Below, one piece after another: positions 1-8,843 of a DNA stretch of 63,069 nt. The position numbers and the translations under genes were made by a program. The notes beneath the pieces are model-generated. The model worked only from the letters and a program-made list of their open reading frames with translations. It was not told the origin of the DNA and did no database searches. Position 1 is the first letter of the stretch. Every line of letters starts with the position of its first letter. This DNA comes from Candidatus Omnitrophota bacterium. Its GTDB lineage: Bacteria > Omnitrophota > Gorgyraeia > Duberdicusellales > 4484-171. The stretch covers positions 1-63,069 of the forward strand of contig JAHISK010000098.1 in assembly GCA_018818105.1 (NCBI GenBank), in the 5' to 3' direction.

Positions 1-23
1 GTATCCGGAAACCGGATCCATAA

Positions 24-48
24 GGGGGGACGCAAGCTGTCTCCCTAC
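24..48 (-). repeat. GTAG-headed GC-rich hairpin (REP-like)
   Basis: The reverse complement reads GTAGGGAGACAGCTTGCGTCCCCCC. Confidence 0.6.
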
Positions 49-143
49 TGTAAAAGAGCGTTTTATGGATTCAAGATATTTTAACATTAATAACTTCTTC
101 ATCCTATAATATATGTAGGGTGAAGATTATACCAGGGGGTGTA

Positions 144-866
144 ATGAGAAGGAGGATTTGGGATAAAATAAACATAAAAAGGTATTTTTCCGAGATAAAA
201 GTGGGTATTTTTTTTCTTTTTGCTTTTGCTTTATTATTTTATACTCTTTTTTCTATAAAAGAGGTAAGTCTTTTTAAAGGAACGTATGTTATAAAGGTAG
301 AATTTGATTTTGCTGAAGGGTTGAGGGCCGCATCCCCTATAAGATTTTGCGGGGTTGATGTGGGAGAGGTAAAGAAAGTTGAAGTTATAGAGCGTGACGG
401 GCGGCCCGGCGTGTTAGTTTTTGCTAAGATTCAGAAAGGGGTACTTATCCCGGAGGAATCTTACTTTTTTATTAATAGTTTAAGTTTGTTTGGTGAAAAG
501 TATTTAGAAATAGCGCCTTCGGAGAAAGTGAAGAACTATGTTCGGGAAGGTCAGATTGTGGAAGGAATTTCGCCTATTCCTCTTTTTAATGTTTTTGCGA
601 CGTTTACTAAGACAATGAAAGAAGTTAGTGAGTTTGTTAAAGAGGGGAAACTTAAGCAGTCTTTTGAAAATACTCTATATAATTTGGAACAAGCCAGTAT
701 TCAGGTGCGTAAAATTGCCGAAGATATTGGTAATAAAGAAGGTACAGTAGGAAGGTTCCTTTATGATGATTCTTTATATCGAAAGACAGAAGACTTTGTT
801 GAAGATATAAAAGCTCATCCGTGGAAACTGTTGCATAAACCAAAAGTAACGAAAAAAAGAAGGTGA
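144..866 (+). CDS. mlaD: MlaD/Mce-domain periplasmic lipid-transport protein
   Basis: Track ORF 120..866. N-terminal TM helix (VGIFFLFAFALLFYTLF), then Mce-like core GLRAASPIRFCGVDVGEVKKVEV. ATG 144 follows an AGGGGG RBS, so it is preferred to GTG 120. Confidence 0.75.
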   Translation: MRRRIWDKINIKRYFSEIKVGIFFLFAFALLFYTLFSIKEVSLFKGTYVIKVEFDFAEGLRAASPIRFCGVDVGEVKKVEVIERDGRPGVLVFAKIQKGVLIPEESYFFINSLSLFGEKYLEIAPSEKVKNYVREGQIVEGISPIPLFNVFATFTKTMKEVSEFVKEGKLKQSFENTLYNLEQASIQVRKIAEDIGNKEGTVGRFLYDDSLYRKTEDFVEDIKAHPWKLLHKPKVTKKRR

Positions 867-989
867 TTCTGATTGGGACCAAAGGCTGAGAAAGAAAAAC
901 AATTTTAAATTTATCTTTGGGGATAGAAATTTTATTATTGCAATTTAAAATGTTAAATTGAGGTCTTTGGTCTGTAGTCTAGGAGAGAT

Positions 990-2327
990 ATGTTTTGTTG
1001 TTCCAATTGTGGGTATAAATCAGTTAAATGGTTAGGTAAATGTCCTTTTTGTCAGGGGTGGGAAAGTTTTTGTGAGGAGGCAGAAATTTCAAGTAGCGTC
1101 GGCGTTGTTGTTACTAAAGAAAAAGCCGCGCCTCAGTTACTTAAAGATATAGTTCATACGGATTACAAACGGATTAATGTTGGGATTGACGAATTTGACC
1201 GTATTTTAGGCGGAGGATTAGTGACGGGAGAAATAATCCTTTTAGGTGGAGAGCCTGGCGTTGGTAAATCTACGCTGCTTCTTGAGATTAGTTCTAAGTT
1301 GTCGAAAGTAGGTAAGACTTTGTATGTAAGCGCGGAAGAATCAGCGCAGCAAGTTGGGCTGCGGGCGAAGCGTCTGGACGCTAATCTCAATAATCTTTAT
1401 GTTGTAGGCGAAGATAATTTACAGACTATTTTTGGGTATATTAAGGACGATGGTTTTAAGTTTATTATGGTTGATTCAATTCAGGTGGTTTATTGTCCTC
1501 TTTATGAAGGCGTAAAGGGTAGTGTTTCGCAAATTCGCGGCAGTGCTGATTATCTTACTCAGATTGCTAAGTTTCATGGCGTCGTTATTATTATCGTTGG
1601 ACATGTTACTAAAGATGGATCAATCGCCGGTCCCAAGCTTCTGGAACATATTGTTGATTGTGTGTTTTATTTTGAAGGTGAAAATCTGTCGAATTATAGA
1701 ATCTTACGCGCCATGAAAAATAGGTTTGGGCCGACTGGAGATATAGCCGTGTTTGAGATGAACTCAAAAGGATTAAAAGAAGTTAAGCGGACTACCGATC
1801 TTTTTCTTCCTCATAAAGAGGCAGCGGTTTCTGGGAGTTGTGTTGTTTGTGTTATTGAAGGTTTACGTCCAATACTTATAGAATTACAGTCTTTGGTGAG
1901 TAAAGCTAATTTTGGGACAGTGAGAAGGCGAAGTATTGGTTTTGATTTTAACAGGTCTTCTTTGCTTATCGCGATAATTGAGAAGCGGCTTAAAATATCG
2001 TTATCCAGCGAAGACGTTTTTTTAAATGTTGCTGGTGGTCTTCGTGTAGTAGATCCGGCCGCGGATTTAGGCGTGGTTATGGCTATTATTTCTAGCTGTA
2101 AAGATAAAGAATTGCCGGCTAGTAGTGTATTTATCGCCGAAGTTGGGTTAGCGGGAGAGTTGAGGAAGGTAAATAATATTAATTTACGATTGAAGTCGGT
2201 TGAGCGCGGCGGATTTAAGAATTGCTTTATTCCGGAAAGTAATTTGAAAGAAATAGACAGTAATTTTAAGTTTAATATTGTTGGGTTTTCTTCGTTGAAG
2301 GATGTGGTTGAGGATGTATTTAAATAG
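990..2327 (+). CDS. radA: DNA repair protein RadA/Sms
   Basis: Zn finger CSNCGYKSVKWLGKCPFCQGW, Walker A GGEPGVGKST, KNRFGP motif, Lon-protease-like C-terminal domain. Confidence 0.95.
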   Translation: MFCCSNCGYKSVKWLGKCPFCQGWESFCEEAEISSSVGVVVTKEKAAPQLLKDIVHTDYKRINVGIDEFDRILGGGLVTGEIILLGGEPGVGKSTLLLEISSKLSKVGKTLYVSAEESAQQVGLRAKRLDANLNNLYVVGEDNLQTIFGYIKDDGFKFIMVDSIQVVYCPLYEGVKGSVSQIRGSADYLTQIAKFHGVVIIIVGHVTKDGSIAGPKLLEHIVDCVFYFEGENLSNYRILRAMKNRFGPTGDIAVFEMNSKGLKEVKRTTDLFLPHKEAAVSGSCVVCVIEGLRPILIELQSLVSKANFGTVRRRSIGFDFNRSSLLIAIIEKRLKISLSSEDVFLNVAGGLRVVDPAADLGVVMAIISSCKDKELPASSVFIAEVGLAGELRKVNNINLRLKSVERGGFKNCFIPESNLKEIDSNFKFNIVGFSSLKDVVEDVFK

Positions 2328-2500
2328 GTATAAGTTTTAAGTTGTAGGGTATGGTTAGTGGCAGACATAGTCGAAAAATTTATATTTTTGAACATTAGAA
2401 CATTTGAGCATTTGACCGCATTGGAGTTTTCTTTCTAATATCTAATGCTCCAATGTTCCAATGCTCTATTTTTGCGGAGCAAAAATAAGGAGGTATTGTT

Positions 2501-3475
2501 ATGCTGAGTCTTAACATTTTACGGGGGTGTTTTATTCTTATATGTACAGCGACAGGATATTCTTTCGGAGGGCAGGATCCGTATTTTTTAACTGTTGTAG
2601 GTTTTGCTGTTAGTGTGAGTATGGTAGTTTTTGAAACTTTGGCGAGAAAAATTTCTTTAAAAGGGCTATCTTCTACTGTTTTTGGTGTAATTTTAGGATT
2701 GATTTTAGCAAAAATATTTAGTGACGCGTTAAAGTTGTTCTCTATTCCGGATAATATTACTTATACGGTGAGGACATTTGTTACTCTTATATTTGTGTAT
2801 TTAGGATTGACTCTTGGGTTGAAAGGTCGCAGTGAGTTTAATTTAGTGATTCCGTACGTTAAGTTTAAAAAACAGGAGATAAGAGAGGAAGAAGTTGTTG
2901 TTGATACAAGCTGTATTATTGACGGCAGAATTGTTGATATAGTTAAAACAGGATTTCTTGAAGCGAGGTTTATTGTTCCCCGGTTTGTGTTAAATGAACT
3001 TCATGCTTTAGCTGATTCAACTGACCATATGAAACGCCAAAAAGGAAAACGCGGGATAGAAATTTTACATTCTTTAAAAAAAGAACCTAATATTGAGGTG
3101 AAAATTTCTGATGAAGAAATATCAGTTGTAAAGAGTGTGGATGAGAAAATCGTAAAATTAGCGCAAGATATGGGCGCGGCGATTTTAACCACAGATTATA
3201 ACTTAAACCGTATCGCTCAATTGCAAGGAACGAAAGTTTTAAACATTAACGATCTTGTTAATGCTCTTAAACCTACGTTTGTCGCGGGAGAACGGTTTTC
3301 TATAAAGCTGATGAAAGAAGGTAAAGAGCAGAATCAGGCAATAGGGTATTTAGAGGATGGGACGATGGTTGTAGTTGAAAACGCGAAGTGGCAAATTGGT
3401 AAGATGGTGAATATAGAAGTTATTTCTGTTTTACAGAGTCCTAGCGGCCGGATTGTATTTACTAAATTAGTATGA
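2501..3475 (+). CDS. Membrane-anchored PIN/TRAM domain protein (YacL-like)
   Basis: N-terminal TM helices, PIN-like core (VVVDTSCIIDGRI), TRAM-like C-terminus. radA-yacL-ispD-ispF order as in Bacillus. Confidence 0.8.
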   Translation: MLSLNILRGCFILICTATGYSFGGQDPYFLTVVGFAVSVSMVVFETLARKISLKGLSSTVFGVILGLILAKIFSDALKLFSIPDNITYTVRTFVTLIFVYLGLTLGLKGRSEFNLVIPYVKFKKQEIREEEVVVDTSCIIDGRIVDIVKTGFLEARFIVPRFVLNELHALADSTDHMKRQKGKRGIEILHSLKKEPNIEVKISDEEISVVKSVDEKIVKLAQDMGAAILTTDYNLNRIAQLQGTKVLNINDLVNALKPTFVAGERFSIKLMKEGKEQNQAIGYLEDGTMVVVENAKWQIGKMVNIEVISVLQSPSGRIVFTKLV

Positions 3476-4185
3476 AAGCATCTGCGGTAATAGTATGCGC
3501 TGGTTATGGTCGGCGGTTAGGTAAGATTGATAAGGCGGTGTTAGAGTTAGAAGGAAAACCGCTTTTTTATTACGCTGTTAAAACTTTTGCCGGAATTGAT
3601 GAAATAAAGGAAATAGTTTTAGTTTTACGGAAAAAACATTTAAGGGCGGCTAGAGTTTTAATTCCGCATAGTTATCATAACAAAAAAGTTTTTTTTGTTG
3701 AGGGAGGGGCTCGCCGGCAGGATTCTGTGTGTAAAGGATTAGCCGCGGTAAGTTCATCAGTGGATAATGTGCTTATCCATGATGGGGCCAGACCGTTTAT
3801 CAGTAATAGAGTTATTAAAAATATTTTAAATAAGCTTAAGAAGAGTGAAGCGGTAATCTGTGGCGTTAAAGTTCCTGATACGGTAAAAATAGTAGAAAAA
3901 GGAATTGTTAAAAAAACCGTGGAGAGGGATAACTTATATCTTATCCAAACGCCCCAGGGGTTTAGGCGGCAACTTATTTTAACCGCATATGAACAATTTG
4001 GCGCTAGTAATGTTACTGATGATTCATCTATGTTAGAAAGTTTAGGCTATAAAGTAGAGGTAGTCAAGGGTGATGAGCTTAATATGAAAATAACCTATCC
4101 GCAAGATATTGCGTTAGCAGAGGCGATTATAAAACGGGTCAAGGGTCAGGGGTCAAGGGGCAAGAAAACATTAAATATTATGTAG
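3472..4185 (+). CDS. ispD: 2-C-methyl-D-erythritol 4-phosphate cytidylyltransferase
   Basis: VIVCAGYGRRLG, GGARRQDSV and IHDGARPF motifs. The C-terminal tail RVKGQGSRGKKTLNIM is read from a GGGTCAA repeat, and the TAG stop lies in a TGTAGGG head. Confidence 0.9.
   Translation: MKASAVIVCAGYGRRLGKIDKAVLELEGKPLFYYAVKTFAGIDEIKEIVLVLRKKHLRAARVLIPHSYHNKKVFFVEGGARRQDSVCKGLAAVSSSVDNVLIHDGARPFISNRVIKNILNKLKKSEAVICGVKVPDTVKIVEKGIVKKTVERDNLYLIQTPQGFRRQLILTAYEQFGASNVTDDSSMLESLGYKVEVVKGDELNMKITYPQDIALAEAIIKRVKGQGSRGKKTLNIM
4136..4164 (+). repeat. GGGTCAA-type heptad array (4 units) inside the ispD 3' end
   Basis: GGGTCAA GGGTCAG GGGTCAA GGGGCAA G. Confidence 0.9.
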
Positions 4186-4193
4186 GGGAGGGT

Positions 4194-4269
4194 AGAAATT
4201 TTAAATTTACCAATTAGCATTTATGTAAGAGAAACAATATTTAGTAATTTAAAATGGTAAATGGTGAAT
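4194..4269. repeat. AAATTTACCA / TGGTAAATTT palindromic element, copy 1
   Basis: AGAAATTTTAAATTTACCAATT ... TTATGTAAGAGAAACAATATTTAGTAATTTAAAATGGTAAATGGTGAAT. Homologous to 58367-58510. Confidence 0.8.
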
Positions 4270-4287
4270 GGTGAATGGTGAATTTGA

Positions 4288-4764
4288 ATGAAAAATTATA
4301 AAGTTGGATTAGGGTTTGATGTTCATAAGTTTAGCAAGAAGAAAAAGGAGTTGGTGTTAGGCGGGGCGATAATACCTTTAGCAAGAGGGTTGGAAGCTGT
4401 TTCTGATGGAGATGTTCTTCTTCATGCTGTAACAGACGCTTTATGTGGGGCCGCCGGATTAGGTGATATCGGTGATTATTTTCCTCCTTCAAATAAAGAG
4501 TTGAAAGGTATTGATAGTAAAAAAATAGCAAAGTTCATTTTTAAAAAAATAGTAAATAGATTTGAAATCATAAATATGGATATAACGATTATTGCTGATA
4601 AACCGCCGTTAGTTTTTCATAAAAAGGAAATCATGAAATCGTTGATAAACATATTCTATATATCAGCGATTAATTTAAAGATAAAGTCTAAAGAAGGATT
4701 GAATGTTTTAGGGGGCAAAGACGCTATTTCGTGTTTAGCCATGGTGTTGGTGAAACAAATATGA
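4288..4764 (+). CDS. ispF: 2-C-methyl-D-erythritol 2,4-cyclodiphosphate synthase
   Basis: GLGFDVHKF, SDGDVLLHA and GDIGDYFP motifs. Confidence 0.92.
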   Translation: MKNYKVGLGFDVHKFSKKKKELVLGGAIIPLARGLEAVSDGDVLLHAVTDALCGAAGLGDIGDYFPPSNKELKGIDSKKIAKFIFKKIVNRFEIINMDITIIADKPPLVFHKKEIMKSLINIFYISAINLKIKSKEGLNVLGGKDAISCLAMVLVKQI

Positions 4765-4799
4765 ATAGCGTATGGCGGATAGCGTTTAGCGTATAGAGA
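4765..4799 (+). repeat. ATAGCGT heptad array (5 units)
   Basis: ATAGCGT ATGGCGG ATAGCGT TTAGCGT ATAGAGA. Confidence 0.85.
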
Positions 4800-4820
4800 A
4801 AAAAACGAAATAATATTATT

Positions 4821-6272
4821 ATGTTGAAAATATATAATACATTAACTAGAAAAAAAGAAGAGTTTAAACCACAAGATCCGAAAGAAGTAAAAATGTATAC
4901 TTGCGGGGTTACGGTTTATGACGATTGTCATATCGGCCATGGTCGGTCATTATATATCTTTGAGGTTATGCGTAAGTACTTGAATTATAAAGGAAAGAAA
5001 GAAGGATATAAAGTTAAATTTGTAAGAAATATTACTGATGTTGACGATAAAATAATTAATAAGGCGCGTCAGTTCGCCGCGGAAAAATCTTTAGTGTTAA
5101 GGGATGCTTTTAATGAGATTAGAACAACATATATAGATAGATATTACCAGGACTTGAAGTTGCTGCAAATACCGCCTGCCGATTCTGAGCCGCTAGCTAC
5201 AGAAAACATAGATGATATGATTAAGTTTATCAGCGTTTTGATTGAAAAAGGGTTTGCCTATGAGGCATTAGGTAATGTTTATTTTACGGTAAGAAGACTT
5301 AAGTCGTACGGTAAATTATCGGGGAAAAAGATTGATGATTTGTTTGAATCGGTAAGGATTGATTCCGACCCTCTAAAAAAAGATCCTCTTGATTTTGCTC
5401 TTTGGAAAACGGCGAAAAACGATGAACCTTATTGGGAAAGTCCCTGGGGACGGGGGCGGCCCGGATGGCATATTGAATGCTCAGTTATGAGCCTGAAATA
5501 CTTAAATACGGATACTTTAGATATTCATGGAGGAGGAAGAGATTTGATTTTCCCTCATCATGAAAACGAAGTTGCTCAAGCGCAAGCTAAGACACAGAAA
5601 CCGTTCGCGAATTATTGGATACATCACGGATTAATAACTATAAATAGTCAAAAAATGGCTAAATCGTTAGGGAATTTTGTGACTTTGGTAGAGGTGTTGG
5701 GGAAATATCCTGCTGATGTTTTGAAGCTGTTTTATTTGCAGGCGCAATATGCAAGTTCTATAGACTTTTCCTGGGAGAAGATGGAGGAAGCTAAAAAAGC
5801 GTATGAGCGTATTGATATTTTAATAAATAAAGTGGAACGGGAACTTGCTTGCGGTAATTCTAAATTAAACGCGAAAGAATATGATGACATAAAAGAAAAT
5901 AAAGATAAGTTCATTGAAGTTATGGATGATGATTTTAATATGCCCAAAGGTTTAGCTGTATTATTTGATATCGTTGCTCAGTGTAATAAACTAATGGAAA
6001 GCAGTGATGAAGAGAAAGTTTTGAAGTTGAGTTATGCTGTCGGAATAATAAGTGAATTGGCCGCGATATTTGGGTTAACTTTTCATAGGGATGGCAGTAT
6101 TGATGATATTTCCGATGAACAGATTAAGGAGTTCATTGAGCAAAGAAATCAGGCTAGAAAAGCAAAGAATTATGCTGAGTCCGATAAAATTCGGAAAGGA
6201 TTAGAAGAAAAGGGTGTCATTTTAGAGGATGAAAAGGAGAAAACTGTATGGCGAAGAAAAATAGGGAGTTAA
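4821..6272 (+). CDS. cysS: Cysteine--tRNA ligase
   Basis: HIGH (CHIGHGRS), KMSKS variant (KMAKSLGN), GWHIECS. Confidence 0.97.
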   Translation: MLKIYNTLTRKKEEFKPQDPKEVKMYTCGVTVYDDCHIGHGRSLYIFEVMRKYLNYKGKKEGYKVKFVRNITDVDDKIINKARQFAAEKSLVLRDAFNEIRTTYIDRYYQDLKLLQIPPADSEPLATENIDDMIKFISVLIEKGFAYEALGNVYFTVRRLKSYGKLSGKKIDDLFESVRIDSDPLKKDPLDFALWKTAKNDEPYWESPWGRGRPGWHIECSVMSLKYLNTDTLDIHGGGRDLIFPHHENEVAQAQAKTQKPFANYWIHHGLITINSQKMAKSLGNFVTLVEVLGKYPADVLKLFYLQAQYASSIDFSWEKMEEAKKAYERIDILINKVERELACGNSKLNAKEYDDIKENKDKFIEVMDDDFNMPKGLAVLFDIVAQCNKLMESSDEEKVLKLSYAVGIISELAAIFGLTFHRDGSIDDISDEQIKEFIEQRNQARKAKNYAESDKIRKGLEEKGVILEDEKEKTVWRRKIGS

Positions 6273-6928
6273 TGATATCTGGTAGGGGACGGGCTTGCTC
6301 CGTCCCGTTAATAAAAATAAAGAAAAAAGCGGTTTTTATTACGGTTGAAGGATTGGAAGGCAGCGGTAAAAGTAGTGTTATTGAATTTATGGAAAAACTT
6401 TTTAAACAGAAAAAGTTGTCGGTTAAGGTGTTCCGTGAACCGGGATCAACGTCTGTGGGTGAAAAGATACGCCAGATTCTTTTAGATAATAAAAATAAAG
6501 AGTTATCGGTTCATACGGAATTGCTGTTGTATTTAGCGGCGAGAACTCAGCTTATTGAAGAGAAGCTAATAAAAGCGTTGGCTAAGTATGCCGTGGTTGT
6601 TTGCGACCGGTTTTTTGATTCTACTCTTGTGTATCAAGGGTTTGCTTTGGGTTTAGGTGAAATTGTTAATAAATCTGTGGAGATGTTTTCATTAGGCATT
6701 AAACCTGATTTTACTATATACTTAGACGTTGCGCCTAAACAAGGTTTAGCAAGAATAAAAAATAAGGACAGAATAGAAGAAAGATCTATTGTTTTTCATC
6801 AGCGGTTAAGGAAAGGATATTTACAGTTAGCCAAAAATAATCCTAAAAGAATAAACGTTATTAATGCCACAGTATCCTTAGATCAAATCTTTGATAATGT
6901 AGAGAAGATTATTGATGAAATTTTGTAG
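6272..6928 (+). CDS. tmk: Thymidylate kinase
   Basis: P-loop EGLEGSGKSS and DRFFDST. ATG 6272 overlaps the cysS stop (TAATG). Codons 4-12 (GRGRACSVP) are a GTAG hairpin repeat. The track start is 6248. Confidence 0.88.
   Translation: MISGRGRACSVPLIKIKKKAVFITVEGLEGSGKSSVIEFMEKLFKQKKLSVKVFREPGSTSVGEKIRQILLDNKNKELSVHTELLLYLAARTQLIEEKLIKALAKYAVVVCDRFFDSTLVYQGFALGLGEIVNKSVEMFSLGIKPDFTIYLDVAPKQGLARIKNKDRIEERSIVFHQRLRKGYLQLAKNNPKRINVINATVSLDQIFDNVEKIIDEIL
6282..6307 (+). repeat. GTAG-headed hairpin inside the tmk 5' coding region
   Basis: GTAGGGGACGGGCTTGCTCCGTCCCG, near-identical to 6925-6950. Confidence 0.85.
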
Positions 6929-6950
6929 GGGACGGGCTTGCCTCGTCCCG
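6925..6950 (+). repeat. GTAG-headed hairpin supplying the tmk TAG stop
   Basis: GTAGGGGACGGGCTTGCCTCGTCCCG. Confidence 0.85.
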
Positions 6951-7014
6951 TAATAATGTCTTTTCTTATTGTTTCGTCGGGGGGTAGGTTTGACCCTTGC
7001 CCCTATAGTTAATT

Positions 7015-7800
7015 ATGAACCAAAACAAAATCTTAGAATATTTTTCTCTTTTAATCAGTCATAATCTTTTGGGTTCTTCCTATCTATTTATTGGTAATAA
7101 TTCGACAATTGTTAAGGATGTTATAAAACTTATTAACTGTAAAGATAATGATTTGTATTGCGGTCAATGTTGGGATTGTAAAAAAATAGAAGATTTAAGT
7201 CATCCTGACATTTTCAACGTTAAACCCAGTCCGCTCTCAATAAAGATTGAAAGTATCCGGGAAAGTATACGGTTTCTTTCTTTAAAGAGTTTTTGCTTGC
7301 GGCGTAAGGTTATTCTTTTAGAAGAAGCAGAAAGCCTCAGTAGTGAAGCTTCCAGCGCTTTTCTTAAAACATTAGAAGAGCCTCCGGCTAATTCATTTAT
7401 TGCTATTTGTACGTCGAAATTGGAAGGAATGCTTCCAACGATAATCTCTCGGTGCAGGAAGATCTTTCTTCCGTTTTATGAGGGAGGTGTTAGTCAGGAT
7501 TATTTAATTCCGCAAATTCGCGATTTTTTAAGAGGGGTTAACGTGAAATTTAAGAATCGGCGTGAATTTGCCGGATTTTTATGGATTTTGATTGTTATTT
7601 TTAGAGATAAATTAGTTGCTCAAACTGCCCTGTCAAATAATCGGTTGCTTAAAAATAGAGAATATGAGATAATTCCTAAGCTGTATAATCCCGCGCAAAT
7701 TTACTATATTTTAAAGGATATTTTGAAGATTTATGGTGCTTATAACAGCGTTAATGAAAATTTAGCCCTAAATATGATAAGACTTAGTATGGAGAAGTAG
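7015..7800 (+). CDS. holB: DNA polymerase III delta' subunit
   Basis: Clamp-loader-like protein with Zn module CGQCWDCKK and an SRC-type ISRCRKI motif. tmk-holB-ricT synteny. Confidence 0.7.
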   Translation: MNQNKILEYFSLLISHNLLGSSYLFIGNNSTIVKDVIKLINCKDNDLYCGQCWDCKKIEDLSHPDIFNVKPSPLSIKIESIRESIRFLSLKSFCLRRKVILLEEAESLSSEASSAFLKTLEEPPANSFIAICTSKLEGMLPTIISRCRKIFLPFYEGGVSQDYLIPQIRDFLRGVNVKFKNRREFAGFLWILIVIFRDKLVAQTALSNNRLLKNREYEIIPKLYNPAQIYYILKDILKIYGAYNSVNENLALNMIRLSMEK

Positions 7801-7927
7801 ATAGATATTTATTGAAATTTATAGAGATTAGCTCACTACGTTCGCGAAATTTGTAGAGATTTATTGTGGCTAAATTAGTATAACGATTAATTTCTATAAG
7901 TTTCTATGAATTTCAATAAATATCTAT
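7801..7927. repeat. 127-bp palindromic element exactly filling the holB-ricT spacer
   Basis: Perfect 19-nt inverted termini ATAGATATTTATTGAAATT (7801-7819) / AATTTCAATAAATATCTAT (7909-7927). Confidence 0.8.
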
Positions 7928-7948
7928 ATTATTGGAGGTTAATATAAG

Positions 7949-8755
7949 ATGAAAATAGCATTAATAAGGTTAAGAGAAGCTGGCCAGCTTATGAGTTATA
8001 GAGGCGCTGATGATATTGAAGTTAATGACTACGTTATTGTGGAAGCGGATAGAGGAGTTGATTATGGTGAGGTTGTTGAGGTTGGTGAAACTGAAGCTAT
8101 CATTCAGGAGGATGAGTCTTGCCCTAAAGAGAAAAGTTCGTTAAAAAATATCCTGCGACGTGTTACGCCTCAGGATTCACAGCAAATAAAAGATAATCAA
8201 CGTCAGGCAAAAGACTCCTTGAAGCTGTGTTCGCGAAAAATTCGAGAATATAAGTTGGCTATGAAGCTGGTAGATGCTGAGTATTCCTTTGATAGAAAGA
8301 AGATTGTTTTTTATTTTACTTCTGACGGACGGATAGATTTTCGTGAAGTTGTTAAGGATTTAGCAAAGATATTTAAAATAAGAATAGAAATGCGCCAGAT
8401 TGGAGTAAGGGATGAAGCGCGGCTTTTTGGCGGCGTTGGGTCGTGCGGTCAACCGTTATGTTGTGTAAGGTTTCTTAAAAGCTTTGAACCGGTAAGTATG
8501 AAAATGGCTAAAACGCAGAGGTTGCCGTTAACTTCTGGGAAAATTTCAGGGATTTGCGGACGGCTTATGTGTTGCTTGTTTTATGAGTATAAGACATATC
8601 GTGATTTGGCAAAGGGTCTTCCTAAAGAAGGGCAAACCATAGAAACCCCGCAGGGAAAAGGTAAAGTTATTTCGGTTAATGTGTTGAAACGGACAGTTTG
8701 TGTTGATTTAGGAGATGGTAAGATTGAAAAGATTTCCTTTGATAAGCCTGAATAA
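7949..8755 (+). CDS. ricT: PSP1-domain protein (RicT/YaaT-like)
   Basis: PSP1-like core with Cys clusters GSCGQPLCCVRFL and GICGRLMCCL. Sits after holB, as in Bacillus. Confidence 0.85.
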   Translation: MKIALIRLREAGQLMSYRGADDIEVNDYVIVEADRGVDYGEVVEVGETEAIIQEDESCPKEKSSLKNILRRVTPQDSQQIKDNQRQAKDSLKLCSRKIREYKLAMKLVDAEYSFDRKKIVFYFTSDGRIDFREVVKDLAKIFKIRIEMRQIGVRDEARLFGGVGSCGQPLCCVRFLKSFEPVSMKMAKTQRLPLTSGKISGICGRLMCCLFYEYKTYRDLAKGLPKEGQTIETPQGKGKVISVNVLKRTVCVDLGDGKIEKISFDKPE

Positions 8756-8761
8756 TTAAAT

Positions 8762-8840
8762 AGATTGAAGATGGGAGATGACAGATGGCAGATGAAATAT
8801 TCTTTATCTCCAATCTCCAATCTGCAATCCGCAATCTATT
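8762..8840. repeat. Inverted pair of heptad arrays
   Basis: AGATTGA AGATGGG AGATGAC AGATGGC AGATGAA ... ATCTCCA ATCTCCA ATCTGCA ATCCGCA ATCTATT. Confidence 0.85.
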
Positions 8841-8843
8841 AAT

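Noticed and set aside
1811-2395. Long antisense ORFs opposite radA, larE (41503..41973), nadA (38032..38415), the secretin (32291..32605, 32553..32855), metH and others.
   Set aside because: These are shadow ORFs on the strand opposite well-supported genes, with low-complexity translations and no recognisable motifs.
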